DNA of 64,000 bases from Blastocladiella emersonii ATCC 22665 (lineage: Eukaryota; Fungi; Blastocladiomycota): NCBI GenBank assembly GCA_025594325.1, contig JANHCV010000006.1, forward strand, positions 620,001-684,000. The letters are read 5' to 3'. Both the position numbers and the translations under genes were made by a program. Under the pieces are notes generated by a model that was not told the DNA's origin, did no database searches, and worked only from the letters and a program-made list of their open reading frames with translations. Shown here one piece after another: positions 1 to 11,517 of the stretch (within the stretch, counting starts at the first letter, position 1; the number at the start of each line of letters is the position of its first letter).

Positions 1-912
1 TTGGCGGTGGCGGCGGCGGCGGAACGAGTCCCAGCACCGGTGCGACCGGCGCTGCGGGTTTCAAGCTCGCCCCAGTTGCCGCCGCCATCATCCGCTGAAT
101 CTCCTTCTCCTCGCGCCTCCTGGCCCTGCGCTCCTCGTCCGTGGCCGCCGTCGGGTTCGCCGCGCGCTCGGCGTCGCGCAGCTCCTTGGCGCGCTTGACG
201 TGGTGGTGGTCGTAGCTCGACAAATGGTTCTCGAACTCGCCGGCCTTGGCGTACTGCTTGTCACACACGTCGCAGTAGAACTTGCGGCGGACCTCGCGGA
301 CCTCGGCGTCGCGCTCGGCGTCGCGCGCGACGCGCGACTCGCGCCGGCGCCGCTCCTCGTCGGACTCTTTCTCGAGCCGCTCGGCGACGGACAGCGGGCG
401 CACGGCGGCGGTCGCGGCCATGGACAGGTCTTGCTCGAGCTTGCCGAGGCCGAGCGTGCCGATGTGGTCGCTGAACGGGATCGGGTCGACGCGGCCTATG
501 AAGAAGATCAGCGGGCGGTCTCGCGCTAACTCGCGACGAGCGTACCTTTAACGCGGCCGATGCCACTGCCCTCCTTCCACCCGAGCTTCTTGAGCAGCTG
601 GAACCCCGCGTTGCGCTCGCTGATCGGGACGTGCACCGATGCCTTGGCGGGCGCCTCGTCCTCGCCGGCGGCTTTGTTGACCTCGTCGCGCTTGCCGCGC
701 GAGGGAGCGCCGAGGCCGGGGCGCGCGACGTGGTCCTCCTCCTCAAACAGGTTTGTTGTCGTGTCCTCCTCATCATCATCGTGCGCACGGGACTTGAACG
801 GCGAGCGCGGCGACCCCGACCGGGCCGTGGGCGAGCGCGCCGCCGGTTCCCGCGCAGCCGCCACACGCGAGAACGGTGAAGCCGATCGTTCTCTCGTTGG
901 ACTTGATGACAT
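1..912 (-). CDS. G-patch + C2H2 zinc-finger protein (GPATCH8/ZNF804-like); 3' end appears to run off the window
   Basis: G-patch motif NAGFQLLKKLGWKEGSGIG. A 50-nt GT-AG intron (545-496) restores GRVDPIPF...TLGLGK, followed by FYCDVCDKQYAKAGEFENHLSSYDHHH. Confidence 0.85.
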
Positions 913-1060
913 TGCGTCGAGTGGCAGTCGAGTTCAGAGCGTTACATGGGCGACGTCGCGCGTGTCGGGGAGCGGCGGCCTCGTCAACGCGCTTCCCGCT
1001 CTCATACTTCGAGGCTCAAGCACGATCCCAGGTGTATCACCATCCATCTCTCAAGCTCCG

Positions 1061-1497
1061 TCACGATGATGTCCGCGCGCTCGCGTTGATAGCCGACCCG
1101 ATGCGGTTGTACAGCTGCTGGCGCGTCGTGTCCGGGACCATCTCTATCCTCGCGCGCGCAGGCCGCGACGTGAGTGTCTCTCCCACCCATGAGCAACGAC
1201 GTCGCACGACAACAGACGCATACCCTGAGCAACCGGCAGCACCTGCGCCATGATCGAGTCGACGGTGACACGGTCGATGCCCTCACGGTCAATCACCTCC
1301 TTGATCTTGAGCCGCACCTGGTCCCGCCACCCGCTCTCGGCGAGCTGTTCCCGGAGAAAGTCCTTGACCCTAAGAATCCATTATTGTTGGTGTGAGGCTA
1401 CGTGAGAACCGCAAGAAGTCCATCGCCGCGCGGAGCCGCCGTACTGCTCGCGCTGCCCCGACACGACGAGTTTCTGGTACACGGCTTGGTGGTCCAT
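1061..1497 (-). CDS. SUS1: SAGA/TREX-2 subunit Sus1/ENY2, 3 exons (1497-1445, 1369-1224, 1143-1061); not present as a single ORF in the track
   Basis: Spliced product MDHQAVYQKLVVSGQREQVKDFLREQLAESGWRDQVRLKIKEVIDREGIDRVTVDSIMAQVLPVAQEMVPDTTRQQLYNRIGSAINASARTSS matches the EnY2 pattern (L..SG.RE....L...L.E.GW.DQ...VTVD...VPD..R..L). Both introns are GT-AG and keep the frame. Confidence 0.9.
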
Positions 1498-2493
1498 GTC
1501 AGGATGTGTGTTTCAGTGCAGGGAGAGGCGGGACCGCCGCGAGTGCCCTTGACAGAGCGGAGAACCGGCGAGGGAGCGGCGACGCGTGCGTGCGCTCGCT
1601 CGCGCTGCGTCACGCCGGACTTGCAGCGGCTGCCCTGCTGCGCCTAACCGTCGCGCGCCTTGGCCGCGGACCACTCGACGGCCGATATGGATGAAAATTG
1701 CGGCCCTGGCCATCGAGCACAGGCGGGAAGCGCTGGAACGCTCGCAATGTCATTGCCGCCGCCGTCGCCACGGACGCCTTGGCCCGAGGCCCGATCCCAT
1801 CATTAAGTAGCAGCGCGAGTCCAGGTTCTATCAACCACTTGCTGCGCAGTCCCATCAGGCTCGAGCTCCGTGAGTGGGCTAGCGAAGGCGGTTACTTTCA
1901 AGGCGCGGACGCCAGTCGCCTACTGTGTACGCACCTGTACGATCCCACCTTCGAGTCGCTGATGACGACAAAGATCATGATCTGCTGCAGGAGCGTATGT
2001 TCGCCTGCTCCGCAGTCCATCATCACGCTCCAAGGAGGGGGTCAAGGCATATCGTGGATTACGGAACCCGTACAATCGGGAGTTGACACGAGAGAGGCAT
2101 TTAGCAGACATGGTCGCAGTTTCTCCGAATCGCTGGGAAGTGTGAGGTTGCCCGCGAAACGCGTCGATGAAAAGTGTCTCGCAGGGCTTGAGACAGAACG
2201 TGATTTCGCGACGCGTCGATTCACCCCCTGATCTCGGCCACCGCCAAACTACATGTGCGCGCAAGGCCGCCCGAGTGGACAGGATCAATGGCTGTGTACA
2301 TGATGTACATGGCGCTCAAAATCCGGTCTGTTGAACAGGAACCGTTCCAGTCCGTCGACGCGATTTGCTGCCTCTCGCTCCAGGCAGCTGGCAGCGGGGC
2401 TTTTTGTTCCTTGAACAGAGCCGGAGAAAACCATGAAATACATGGGGGCAAAATGGTTCTATTCGCCAAGGATGGGCGGGTGCTATGTCAGAC

Positions 2494-4686
2494 TCAGCCC
2501 ACGATCTCGTCCGACCGCACGTCTTCGTACACCTCGACCGTGCTCTCAAACACCGTCTTGCTCGACCCGGGCACGAGCCGGCGCCGCTCGATCCACGCGC
2601 TCTTGTTGAAGTCGAGCAGGTCGTCGACAAACTCGTTAACGTTGTGCACGATGCGCACCTCGGTGCGGCTCACGAGCTCGACGGCCGCCGTGAACACGGC
2701 GTCGCTCGCGCGCGCCACGAGCTCCTTGCGCCCGCCGAGCTCACGTTCCGCGCGCTCGTCGCCGACCGTCGACGACGTGATCCCGCCGAAAATATCGCGC
2801 AGCTCGCGGTTACGGAGCACCGACGCGAGGGACCCGTGCACCGTGGCAACAATCGCGTGGACGCGAGTCGACACGGACCGCGCCGCGTGGGCCTCGCGGC
2901 CATTACTGATCTCGTCGACCGCGACGACATCGGGCGTGTGGTTCTGCACCGCCTCGAGCATCGACTCGTGCTGGCGCGCGCGCGAGGGGACGTGCATGCG
3001 GCGGCACCGGCGGAGCGACGGGTGCGCGACGTCGCCGGGCCCGCCGACCTCGCCGGACGTGTCGACGATCATGACGTTGCGCCGGCGCCGCGCGAACGAC
3101 GACGAGCTGGTCTTGTCGCCCTCGCTCAGCCGCGCGCAAATGTCGCGCAGCGTGTGCGTCTTGCCGGTCCCGGGTCGCCCGACCACGAGGATCGACTCGC
3201 CGCGCGCGAGGAGGTCGCGCAGGAGGACCGTCGCGAGTCCCGTGTGCGGCGGCGCGGCGCGCCCGATGCGCAGCGTGAGGCCGACGGGCGTAGCGTTGTC
3301 GCGGCCGGCGATCTACGAGATGCGGTGCAGCTGGCCGTCGATCCCGCCGCGGCGGTCCGACGAGAAGGAGCGCGTCTCGTAGATGGCGTCGAGCATCGCG
3401 CGCGTCACGGGGCCGAAGTCGTCGAGGTCGAGGACACCGTCGTGCGCGCGCGCCGCGCTGTCGGCCGCGGCGTCGTCGAGGTCGAGGAACCGCAGGCGCG
3501 GCGGCATGCCAAGATCGAGCGAGATTTCGTCGAGCTCGTCGATCGCGTTGCCCGGCAGCGCCTCGCAGATGCGGTCGTACAGGTCCCGCGGGAGCAGCGC
3601 GAGGAGGTCCTCGACCTCGGCGCGCACGCGTGCGTTGAACGCGGCCTCCTCGGGGTCCTCGTTCTGGGGCGCGGGAGGCGGCGGGACCGCGGCGCTGCGC
3701 CACTGGATGCGGGCCGGGTTCTCGGGGTCGAAGCGCGCGTGCACGGGCACGAGCAGCGGCAGCGGCTTGCGGATCCAGTCGCGGACCTGCGTCGGGTCCA
3801 CGTCGGTCTCGAGCGGGCGCGGGACGGGCGCGTCGAGGAAGCCCTCAGCGGCGACGGCTGCAGCGGCGGGTGGAGGGGCGGGTGCAGGAGCCGCGGTCGA
3901 CGGGTGGAACGGCGCGGGAACAGGAGCCGCGGCGGCGGGAAGGACGGGTGCGGGAGCAAATGCGAAAGGAGCAGGGCCGACCGAGGGAGTCGAGGCCGGA
4001 GTTGGGATCTGGACGGGCGTCTGCTTCGGCCGAGACGCTGCCGGTGGTGCCGGAGCGGAAGGCGCTGCGAGAGGTGCGGAGAGCTGCTCCTTCTTATTGT
4101 TCTTGATCTTCTTCATGAGCTCTTTGAGCGCAGCGGTCGCCGTACTCGGGGTTGGGGTAGTTGCGAGGTCTGCGCTCGGCTCCGCGGCCGGTTGAGCGTA
4201 CACGTTAAGAGGCATCGCCGACAGATTGTTCGGCACAAAGCTGGTGCCGATCGAGCCGTCGTCTCCGAAGAAAAAGTGGGACGGCATCATCTTGACGAGC
4301 TTGCGGACGTTGGGCGGTTCTGGGCGCAGGCGCATCGCCGGATGTGCAAAGCGGTGCTGCAAGTGATCAATCGTGGTGGGCCCGTTCTTCAAGACGAAGA
4401 TAAAAATGTCGACGGCGAGCACGGCGTCGCCCGCGAGCTCGGGCTCGTCGTACAGCGTCGAACGATCCAGGTCGCGCAGCAGGTAGTACGACTTGGGCTT
4501 ACCGGTCAGACGCTGGAGGATGCTCGGGAAAAGCCGGACGAGTCCGTCCAGCCCGCCCATGGCGTGGAAGCAGCGGTGCGGGTTCAGGGCCGGGGTCAGC
4601 AACCCGGCCGCGAGCTGCCGAGTCGGGTAGCGCGCCAGGTAGTCGGCCGTTGCATAGAGTAGTTCCGCCACAGGGCTGTGTTCCAT
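2494..4686 (-). CDS. ycf45: Ycf45/SpoIIIAA-like P-loop ATPase, copy 1, with lineage-specific N-terminus, Pro/Ala linker and one in-frame TAG (3313-3315)
   Basis: ORFs 3313-4881 and 2494-3186 share a frame. Across the TAG the text reads GIDGQLHRIS*IAGRDNATPVGLTLRIGRA...SILVVGRPGTGKTHTLRDI...VMIVDTSGEVGG...MLEAVQNHTPDVVAVDEI...IVATVHG, which is the Ycf45/SpoIIIAA signature. Confidence 0.85.
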
Positions 4687-4894
4687 GGTGAGTGCGCAAG
4701 TTCGTTGGGAGGGAAGAGAGCGGCGGCCTCCGATGTGCCTGTCACGTCCCCGTTTCAGATCGCGACTTTCATCACGCGACCCACACGGGCGGACGCGTCT
4801 CGAGGAAGTCGCTCGAGGGCCGGCCGCGAGTTCGGCACGCGAATGCAATGATATAACCATGCGAGAGAGAGATATATTCACGAGGTCGTCGCGG

Positions 4895-6508
4895 CTACGC
4901 CATACCGACCGTCAGCGCGAGAAGGGCCACCAGCGCCGCGACGAGCACGCGAGGCACAGCCTCCGCCGTATCCGCCGCCGCGGACGCGGGCCGCTCGGGC
5001 CCCGTGTTCCCCGTAGTCGGCGGTGTCGTCGGGCCAGCCTTGGCCGCCGACTGCGCGCACGACAAAAAGTATCCGGGCCGCGCGGGGTCGGCGAGCCGGA
5101 GCGTGGTGCACGCGCCGAGCGTGTTGCGGCACGCGCCCGACCCGTTGGGCTCGTCGTTGCCCGTGCAGTCGCACATGCACGACGTCGTGTTGAAGGAGCC
5201 GTACACGCACCCGCCGAGCGGCGGCTGGCACTTGGACCCCGACACGTCTACGAGCGGCGGGACGGGCTCGTCGACGGTCGGCGCGCGTGCGGGGCACGAC
5301 TTGCACGTCGCAAAGTTGACCGTCCCGAACTGGCACGACTGCGTGAGGCCCTCGTCGGCGACGCCGTTGCCGTTGTTGTCGATCCCGTCGCACACCTCGG
5401 GCGTAGCCGGCGACCCGGCGGGCTCCGCGGGACACGCCGAGTCCATGTCCGCGAGCGGGACCGGGTTACGCAGCCACGCGAGCAGCTGCGCGTTGGTCAC
5501 AAAGTGCACTCCGTCCGTGTCCATGATCTCGGCGAGGAACTCGTTGACGACCGTGACGCGGGCCGGGTCGGCGAGCAGGTACGCCGAGTGCAGGTACACG
5601 CCGAACGGCGCGCGGTTGCCCGTGTAGTGCGCCTGGAACCCGGCGCGCAGCATGGCCACGAGCTCGGTCGTGTTGACGGCCGGGTCCATGGACCACGGGA
5701 CGCCGTCTGCCGCGACCAGGTTGTACATGGGGATCTCCCACAGGCCCGGCGCGCGCCATGTCGGGTTCGGGTTGGCCGCCGTCGGCACGGCGCCCGTGCA
5801 GTCGCCCGTCGCGCACGAGATCGGCACACCGTAGTCGAACGTGAACGGCCAGATGGTGCTGGCGCCCGCGTTGTCGAGCGTCATCGAGTTGTCGTAGTCG
5901 AACCCGAGCGCCTTGAGGTTGGTCAGCGACTCGAGCGAGTAGTTGAGGAACGGCGCGCGGAACCCGCGGATCGACGACTGCGGGATCCCGCCGAACGCCT
6001 CGGTCGCCTCGCGCATCGCCGAGATCTCCTTGACCGTCGGGAAGCTGTGGGAGAACGTGTGCCCCGCGATCTCGTGGCCGAGCCCGTGCAGCGTCTGCAG
6101 CGAGTGGTAGTCGGTCCACTGCGCCGACACGTAGTACGTCGCCTTGATCGGGCACCCGTCGGACCCGCGGATCCCGCGCATCGCCTGCAGCGGCAGGTCG
6201 TACACGACCGCGTTGACGGCGTCGTCGATCGTCAGCGTCACAAACTGCGGCACCTCGGACGCCGCGAGCCCGCCGGGCGGCGACGTCGACGCGCACTGGC
6301 AGTTGGGCAGCGTGCACGCCGCCGGGTCGCACATGTACCACAGCGCGATGGTCGACGTGCTGAAGAAGCCGTCGAACGGGTCGCCCGGAGCTCGGCGCGC
6401 CATGGCTGACGTCTTGCCGCGGTGCTCGGCGCCGGGTGCAGCGAGAACTCCGTCGGCGAGGTAGCCAGCGACGTGGATCACGGCCAGGGCGAGCAGCGTC
6501 GTGGCCAT
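4895..6508 (-). CDS. Secreted, probably GPI-anchored CE4 polysaccharide/chitin deacetylase-like protein
   Basis: Hydrophobic N-terminus; CxLPNCQCAS...PQFVTLTIDDA; HEIAGHTFSH; GFRAPFL; WEIPM; NRAPFGVYLH; Cys-rich C-terminal region; hydrophobic C-terminal tail. Intronless; start could be further upstream (ORF begins at 6733). Confidence 0.9.
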   Translation of the reverse strand: MATTLLALAVIHVAGYLADGVLAAPGAEHRGKTSAMARRAPGDPFDGFFSTSTIALWYMCDPAACTLPNCQCASTSPPGGLAASEVPQFVTLTIDDAVNAVVYDLPLQAMRGIRGSDGCPIKATYYVSAQWTDYHSLQTLHGLGHEIAGHTFSHSFPTVKEISAMREATEAFGGIPQSSIRGFRAPFLNYSLESLTNLKALGFDYDNSMTLDNAGASTIWPFTFDYGVPISCATGDCTGAVPTAANPNPTWRAPGLWEIPMYNLVAADGVPWSMDPAVNTTELVAMLRAGFQAHYTGNRAPFGVYLHSAYLLADPARVTVVNEFLAEIMDTDGVHFVTNAQLLAWLRNPVPLADMDSACPAEPAGSPATPEVCDGIDNNGNGVADEGLTQSCQFGTVNFATCKSCPARAPTVDEPVPPLVDVSGSKCQPPLGGCVYGSFNTTSCMCDCTGNDEPNGSGACRNTLGACTTLRLADPARPGYFLSCAQSAAKAGPTTPPTTGNTGPERPASAAADTAEAVPRVLVAALVALLALTVGMA

Positions 6509-7256
6509 GGCCCGCGCGGCGATCTTGCCCGCCGCGAAGCATGATTCGTTGCCCCGAAGTCGGCAAAGGGTGTTCATTTGATACATGGTAGCTCGAGTGG
6601 CGATGAACCGAAGGGAGCGAGCGAGGGGGGTGCTCGCAGTGGATGAGGGGGGAGCGGGCAGCGTCTGGCAGCCCGGGACTTGGACTTGAGTCCAATGCCC
6701 GCCCTCCCTTGACCGCCATGGATCTTGGCTCACTGACTCCAGTTTCCCGATTGCGGCTCCCCGATCGGCAGGTCGCGGTTCTCACGGTGTACGGTCGATC
6801 CGGATCCGGTGCTTGCATTCACACGCCCTGGAATGGACGAGGGCCGCTCGCGGACAGCCGCCGACCCACCCGTCGATTTGCCCGATTGCTGCCCGAATGC
6901 CCTCAAGCAGCTTTTACGTGCGGATATCAGCAGTACACCTGAGTCGCTCAAAGATACTACTGGGACTAGTGGTGCTGCTGAGACGCCTCGGCGCAGCCGC
7001 GTGCGGTGAGGTGAGACGCGACGATCAACCACGTGTGTGGCGCAACGCGTCACCGAAACCACTAGCGGTGACGCTGTCCAGCGAAGCCCGCCTCAAAGAC
7101 CTTCGCGCAGCGTTTCTCATCTCGTCGGATCTCATACATTGCTAACGCAACGTGTCAGATTCAGCAGTTATCGGAGGCCGTCCCGCGGACAAGTTCGCGG
7201 ACTGGAATGATTCAGTACACTCCACAACGCTTTATAACGATCGTAAGTCCGCAAGA

Positions 7257-9449
7257 TCAGACAATGTTCGTTTCAACGAGTGGTTCAAGCCCCCATTTGC
7301 GCACGTCGTCGTCCCGATGCGCATTGGCCCAGTCGTGCAGCCGCCGCAGGCGCGCATCACAACTCTCTTCACCGCGAGCGGAAGCAGCCTTGAGAGCGTA
7401 CTCAAAGAAGCGGAGGAACAAGACAATTTGGACGGGCTTGTTCTGTCCGAGCTCTTCAAGTTCCTCGGAGGTAAGGTCGAGCGGTCCGTCGCCTGATCGA
7501 ATGAACGCGACCATGGTCGCGTCGTAGGTTTCGGTCTCGGATTTGTTCCTAGCGACCTGCGGGCCGTAGAGATCATCGAGCGCCAGCACATCGAAGATCG
7601 TGAGTCCGAGCCCATTGATGCCGCCTCGCAGCCACGCCTCAGGTCCGAGTCCGCCACGGATCACACCAGATTCTGGGGGAAGCGTAACGTGGGGTGATCG
7701 GTAGTCGAAGATGTGGCCGAGCATGGACAGGTGTGCCGAAAAGAGAATCCTGCGCCAGCCATTTCCAACGTATTCGTGAAGCATGTCGCTGTGCCGGATC
7801 ATGATGCGAGAGTAGTGCTCAGTGAGCCGCGCGGCATTCTCCGCGAGCTCCGCGTCCGTGTACGGGTTGATGCGGAAGATGAAGCTGCCGCGAAAAGGCC
7901 AGGCGTCGGCCGGGTCACGCCGTGCCTCGCCCTCGAGGCGCGCGCACACGAAGCAGTCCTCAAGCAGCGTGTCGTGCGTGAAAACACCGTACACTTGCTG
8001 GCGCACCAGGGGTCGGTGATACGGCAGGACGGGAACCAGGTCCTGTATTGTCTTGACTGCAGGCCACGCGTTGGCCAGAACGTACGAGAAGCGGAGCGTG
8101 TCGAGTATATGCACGTGCACGCGGGTCGGGACCCAGTGGCGGCACATCCACGAGGCAAAGGGCGAGTATGGAATCTCGGTGACTTTGAAATGTCGCGAGA
8201 CCCATTCGTCGAACAAGCGGTGGAATCCACCAGTCATTTCCAACGCGTCGAGGACCTTGGGCAGACCGAAACCACGTAGCAGATGGTCGCAATACGGGAG
8301 GACGCGGGCGAGCAGGACCTCGAATTTACTGCCTCCGGTATTGAGCCGAACAAACTTTTGCGAGTCGAACCGATCGCTTTGCGCGACAAAGGTCCAATGA
8401 TCAGGCGACGACCCTCGCGGCCGCGACACGTAGAGCCGCGAGGCCATGATAAGCAAATCGACAAGCAGAGTGAAGGAAGCAAAGCCCGATGGACCTTGGG
8501 CTCGCGCAGCTTGGGTAACCATGTAGATAAAGCTGAAGGCAGATTGCGGCTCGGATACGGCTAACGCCCGCGACAGGGCGCCCATGACGACGTGCGGGCC
8601 CAGGGGAAGCAGCGCTTCGATCATCGGAGCTGCAATCGCGCCTCCGTCGAGTCGGCCGGCAGCTCTCATATAAGGATCCACTGGTCGAAAACAACAGGCG
8701 AGTGGCGCGGCCTCCATCACGAGTGAATGGTACACCGGGTCGTCTGGATCCGTTTGGGCCTTTAGAAGGCACTCGACGATGCTCCACAAGTTGGGCAGCT
8801 GATGGTCAAGTCCCAGGTACTCGCGATTGTACGGGTGCGCCATGCGGCGGTACCGTATTCCAGCCGTCGAGACACCCGTGGCTCGATCGCGCCAGGCTGA
8901 TAACATGTACGCGAGCGCGTGCGGTGATCCCGACGCGCGGTGTCCAGTGCGCACTTTGGAGGCCGAGAGAAACTTGGCACCAAACTTGTCTCGTGCCGAG
9001 GGCGGTAGCGCAGCAAAGAGAAGCGAACGGTACCCGCCCGCCGTCGCGACGGGCACCTGCCCCTTCGCCCACTCGCGGAGCCACGACCACGGGCGGGGGT
9101 CGCCCACGTCGCTGAGCACGAGTCGGAGAGCAACGTCAAGGAACACGGCGCGCATTTGAGTATTGGAGATCGGTGGACGAGACGCGGCTTTCGCACGGTG
9201 GCGGCCACCTTTCTGACCGTGGTAGACTGGCGCGACGGCATCGAACGCAGCACGGTCAGCTCTGCACAGAGCAATGGTCATTTGCAGCGCTGGAGCAGCG
9301 TGATCCCTCCACAGTGGGCTGGCGAGAACCGCCCGACAGGTTGCGCGGAGGGCGAGCCTGTCCGCGTTCGAGAGACCCGCCGACGCGATCAACTCGATCA
9401 ACTCAAGGGGCATATTCAGCAGCAGGGACATTGTTTCATTAGGTTGCAT
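7257..9449 (-). CDS. F-box-like N-terminus plus lineage-specific 700-aa region, intronless
   Basis: 730-aa ORF starting LLLNMPLELIELIASAGLSNADRLALRATCR, the F-box LxxLPxELxxxI...L..L..TC pattern. Confidence 0.6.
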   Translation of the reverse strand: MQPNETMSLLLNMPLELIELIASAGLSNADRLALRATCRAVLASPLWRDHAAPALQMTIALCRADRAAFDAVAPVYHGQKGGRHRAKAASRPPISNTQMRAVFLDVALRLVLSDVGDPRPWSWLREWAKGQVPVATAGGYRSLLFAALPPSARDKFGAKFLSASKVRTGHRASGSPHALAYMLSAWRDRATGVSTAGIRYRRMAHPYNREYLGLDHQLPNLWSIVECLLKAQTDPDDPVYHSLVMEAAPLACCFRPVDPYMRAAGRLDGGAIAAPMIEALLPLGPHVVMGALSRALAVSEPQSAFSFIYMVTQAARAQGPSGFASFTLLVDLLIMASRLYVSRPRGSSPDHWTFVAQSDRFDSQKFVRLNTGGSKFEVLLARVLPYCDHLLRGFGLPKVLDALEMTGGFHRLFDEWVSRHFKVTEIPYSPFASWMCRHWVPTRVHVHILDTLRFSYVLANAWPAVKTIQDLVPVLPYHRPLVRQQVYGVFTHDTLLEDCFVCARLEGEARRDPADAWPFRGSFIFRINPYTDAELAENAARLTEHYSRIMIRHSDMLHEYVGNGWRRILFSAHLSMLGHIFDYRSPHVTLPPESGVIRGGLGPEAWLRGGINGLGLTIFDVLALDDLYGPQVARNKSETETYDATMVAFIRSGDGPLDLTSEELEELGQNKPVQIVLFLRFFEYALKAASARGEESCDARLRRLHDWANAHRDDDVRKWGLEPLVETNIV

Positions 9450-9635
9450 AGCGTTTCCATGTGTGTGCGCTTACGGGAGGGGAGTGGAGGAGGCGCGACA
9501 GCGAAACGCTGACGAAGGCGCTTGCACGCCGCTCACGTGCAAATGAGCTGCGTGTCGTCGTGCATGAGACGCGAGCTTCTCGCGGTGCACGACCCAGTAC
9601 CCGGTTCGCTTGGGCGGTGGCGCGGGCGAGTTGCC

Positions 9636-10400
9636 TCACCACGGTACGTTTTTGACGTCGCCCCAGTACTCGTGTTCCGGGCAAGTCGTCGCACCGGGGC
9701 CTTTGTCGGCGAGCGTAATCTTGCGGATCGAGTAGAAGGCCTGGCCGACGGGCTTGTCCTTGAAGTACGAGCAGACGGTGCGGGCGTCTGAATCGTTGCC
9801 CGTGGCGCGCGGGCCAGCGTGAGCAGCCGGCGCACCGACCTTGGGTGTGGCGAGCTTGGCCTGCAGTGCGAGCGCGCGCCGCGGAGCTCGAGCCGGAATC
9901 TCGTCACCGCCCGGGGCGCCGTACAGTTTGTCCATGAACTCGAGCGTCTTCCAGGGCTGCAGCAGGTCCTTGCTGTAGCAGTCGAGCTCGCGCAGGTTGG
10001 CGTCGGGGTCCTGGTCGAGCAGTCGCTGGTGGAGGTGGTGCACGGGCATGGCGTCGGTGACGGCGAAGCGGCACAGGCCCTCGGCCGCGCACACCGGGTA
10101 CCACGCGTTGTCGATACCCCAGAAGCTGGCGCCGTCGAACGGGATCATGCGCCACAGGCACGGCCACGCGGCCCGCGAGACAACCGGCATCATGACCTCG
10201 ACCGGCATCATGACCTTGACATGGTTGGCGCACGTGTTTGGCATCGGTACGGCCCGTAAGCGAGCAATTGCTTGACACAGATTATTCTGCACCAACGCGC
10301 AAACATGTCCGCGCCACGCGATTCGAAAGAAAGAAAGAGAACTCGGAGACATCGGCGCTGGCTAGTATCAAAGGCTTTATCTGAAAGTTTCGAGGCCAAT
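9636..10400 (-). pseudogene. DUF707-family (glycosyltransferase-like) gene, 3' half, disrupted
   Basis: VEVMMPVVSRAAWPCLWRMIPFDGASFWGID...VTDAMPVHH resembles the DUF707 core VEIMAPVFSRxAWRCVWxMIQxDLxxGWGLD. An 18-bp tandem duplication (AGGTCATGATGCCGGT...) and a frame change lie just upstream, near 10200-10250. Confidence 0.7.
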
Positions 10401-11517
10401 GCATGAAGTTACAGAGTCAGAACTCGAGAGTTGGAATCAGAGCCTTCCAGGCGGAGGTCAGAGCGGTGTCGGTCGGTGACGCGTCTCCCACTGCTGCGCC
10501 ACCCGACTGCCTGCGCGACCCCCGCTGTGCCACCACCGCCGTTCGGTCTGGAGAAGGTGGCCTCACTCAAGCCGACTTCAGCTCGAAAGAGACTCGGCCG
10601 ACTGCTCAGAGAGAAACTAGGACAACAAGTGACTTGTCACAGGAGAACTGGCAATGGAGGAGAAACCATGAGCAAGTTTGAGCCAGATCTTCCGTTCCGG
10701 CGTATATTCTGCAGTTCGTTCCGAGCACGCACAGACGGGGGATGGCATTGCTTCCCTCCACGCCACTAAAGCCCTGCAACCTTGCGCACAGGCAGGTTGT
10801 CGAGGTCAGTTGCATCTCTACTGTGGGGGCAGTGGTGCATGCGGGCAAGCGGGCTTACGTGGGTTCTGAGGCCACGTCAGTGAGGAATTCGGTATGACAG
10901 TTCGAACCTCGTGTTCGGGGCTGATAAGTCTATCATCCATGGGCTGCCGGGTCCAACCTCTTTCCGCTTGTCCGTAAGCACCCGATCCGCCCTGTCCCGT
11001 GACAACTGATGCGAATATCCTTCCTCATCATTTTGCATACGATTTCCTTTCCTTTTTTCGGCCATACCTCGGCTTCCCATATACGCGCGTAAGCGGTGGT
11101 CCAGCGCGGGAGACGGTGCGCGTGCAGATGCGAGACGCGTCGCGAAAACTCGTGACCCGATCACGCGCCGCGTGCGAGACTCGTCTTACAAATCCTCAAG
11201 GCCTTCAAGTTTGAGTTTGAGTTTGGGAGCATCCGAATGTTACCTGCTGTTCAGTCCAGCTGATCCTTCGCTGATCACATGAGGCGGAACGACAATCCGG
11301 TCACTTGCGTTTGGCGCTTGAACCACGAATGACGACGCTCCACGAGTAGACTTCGAACAAATGTACCTAAGACGGGATTAGGCTCTCCTCTGAGAGATTG
11401 TACGAGTCAACAATACGCCCGCCCGACTTTTTCGGCACAAACTGAGATTGAATGCGAATGCCAGCGCCGAAGCCCGCGTCCTCCTGTCCATTTATAATGC
11501 GCGCTGTCCCACTCAAA

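Noticed and set aside
1500-2480. Possible degraded membrane-protein remnant between SUS1 and ycf45
   Set aside because: Only short hydrophobic fragments in several frames; no consistent model or family could be supported.
2485-4662. Long antisense or alternative-frame ORFs (e.g. 2485-4662, 4685-6409, 15019-16599, 20918-23089, 23760-26750, 26769-29243, 34587-36683, 53769-55295)
   Set aside because: Shadow ORFs caused by high GC3 on the real coding strand; they are Arg/Ala/Gly-rich with no recognisable motifs.
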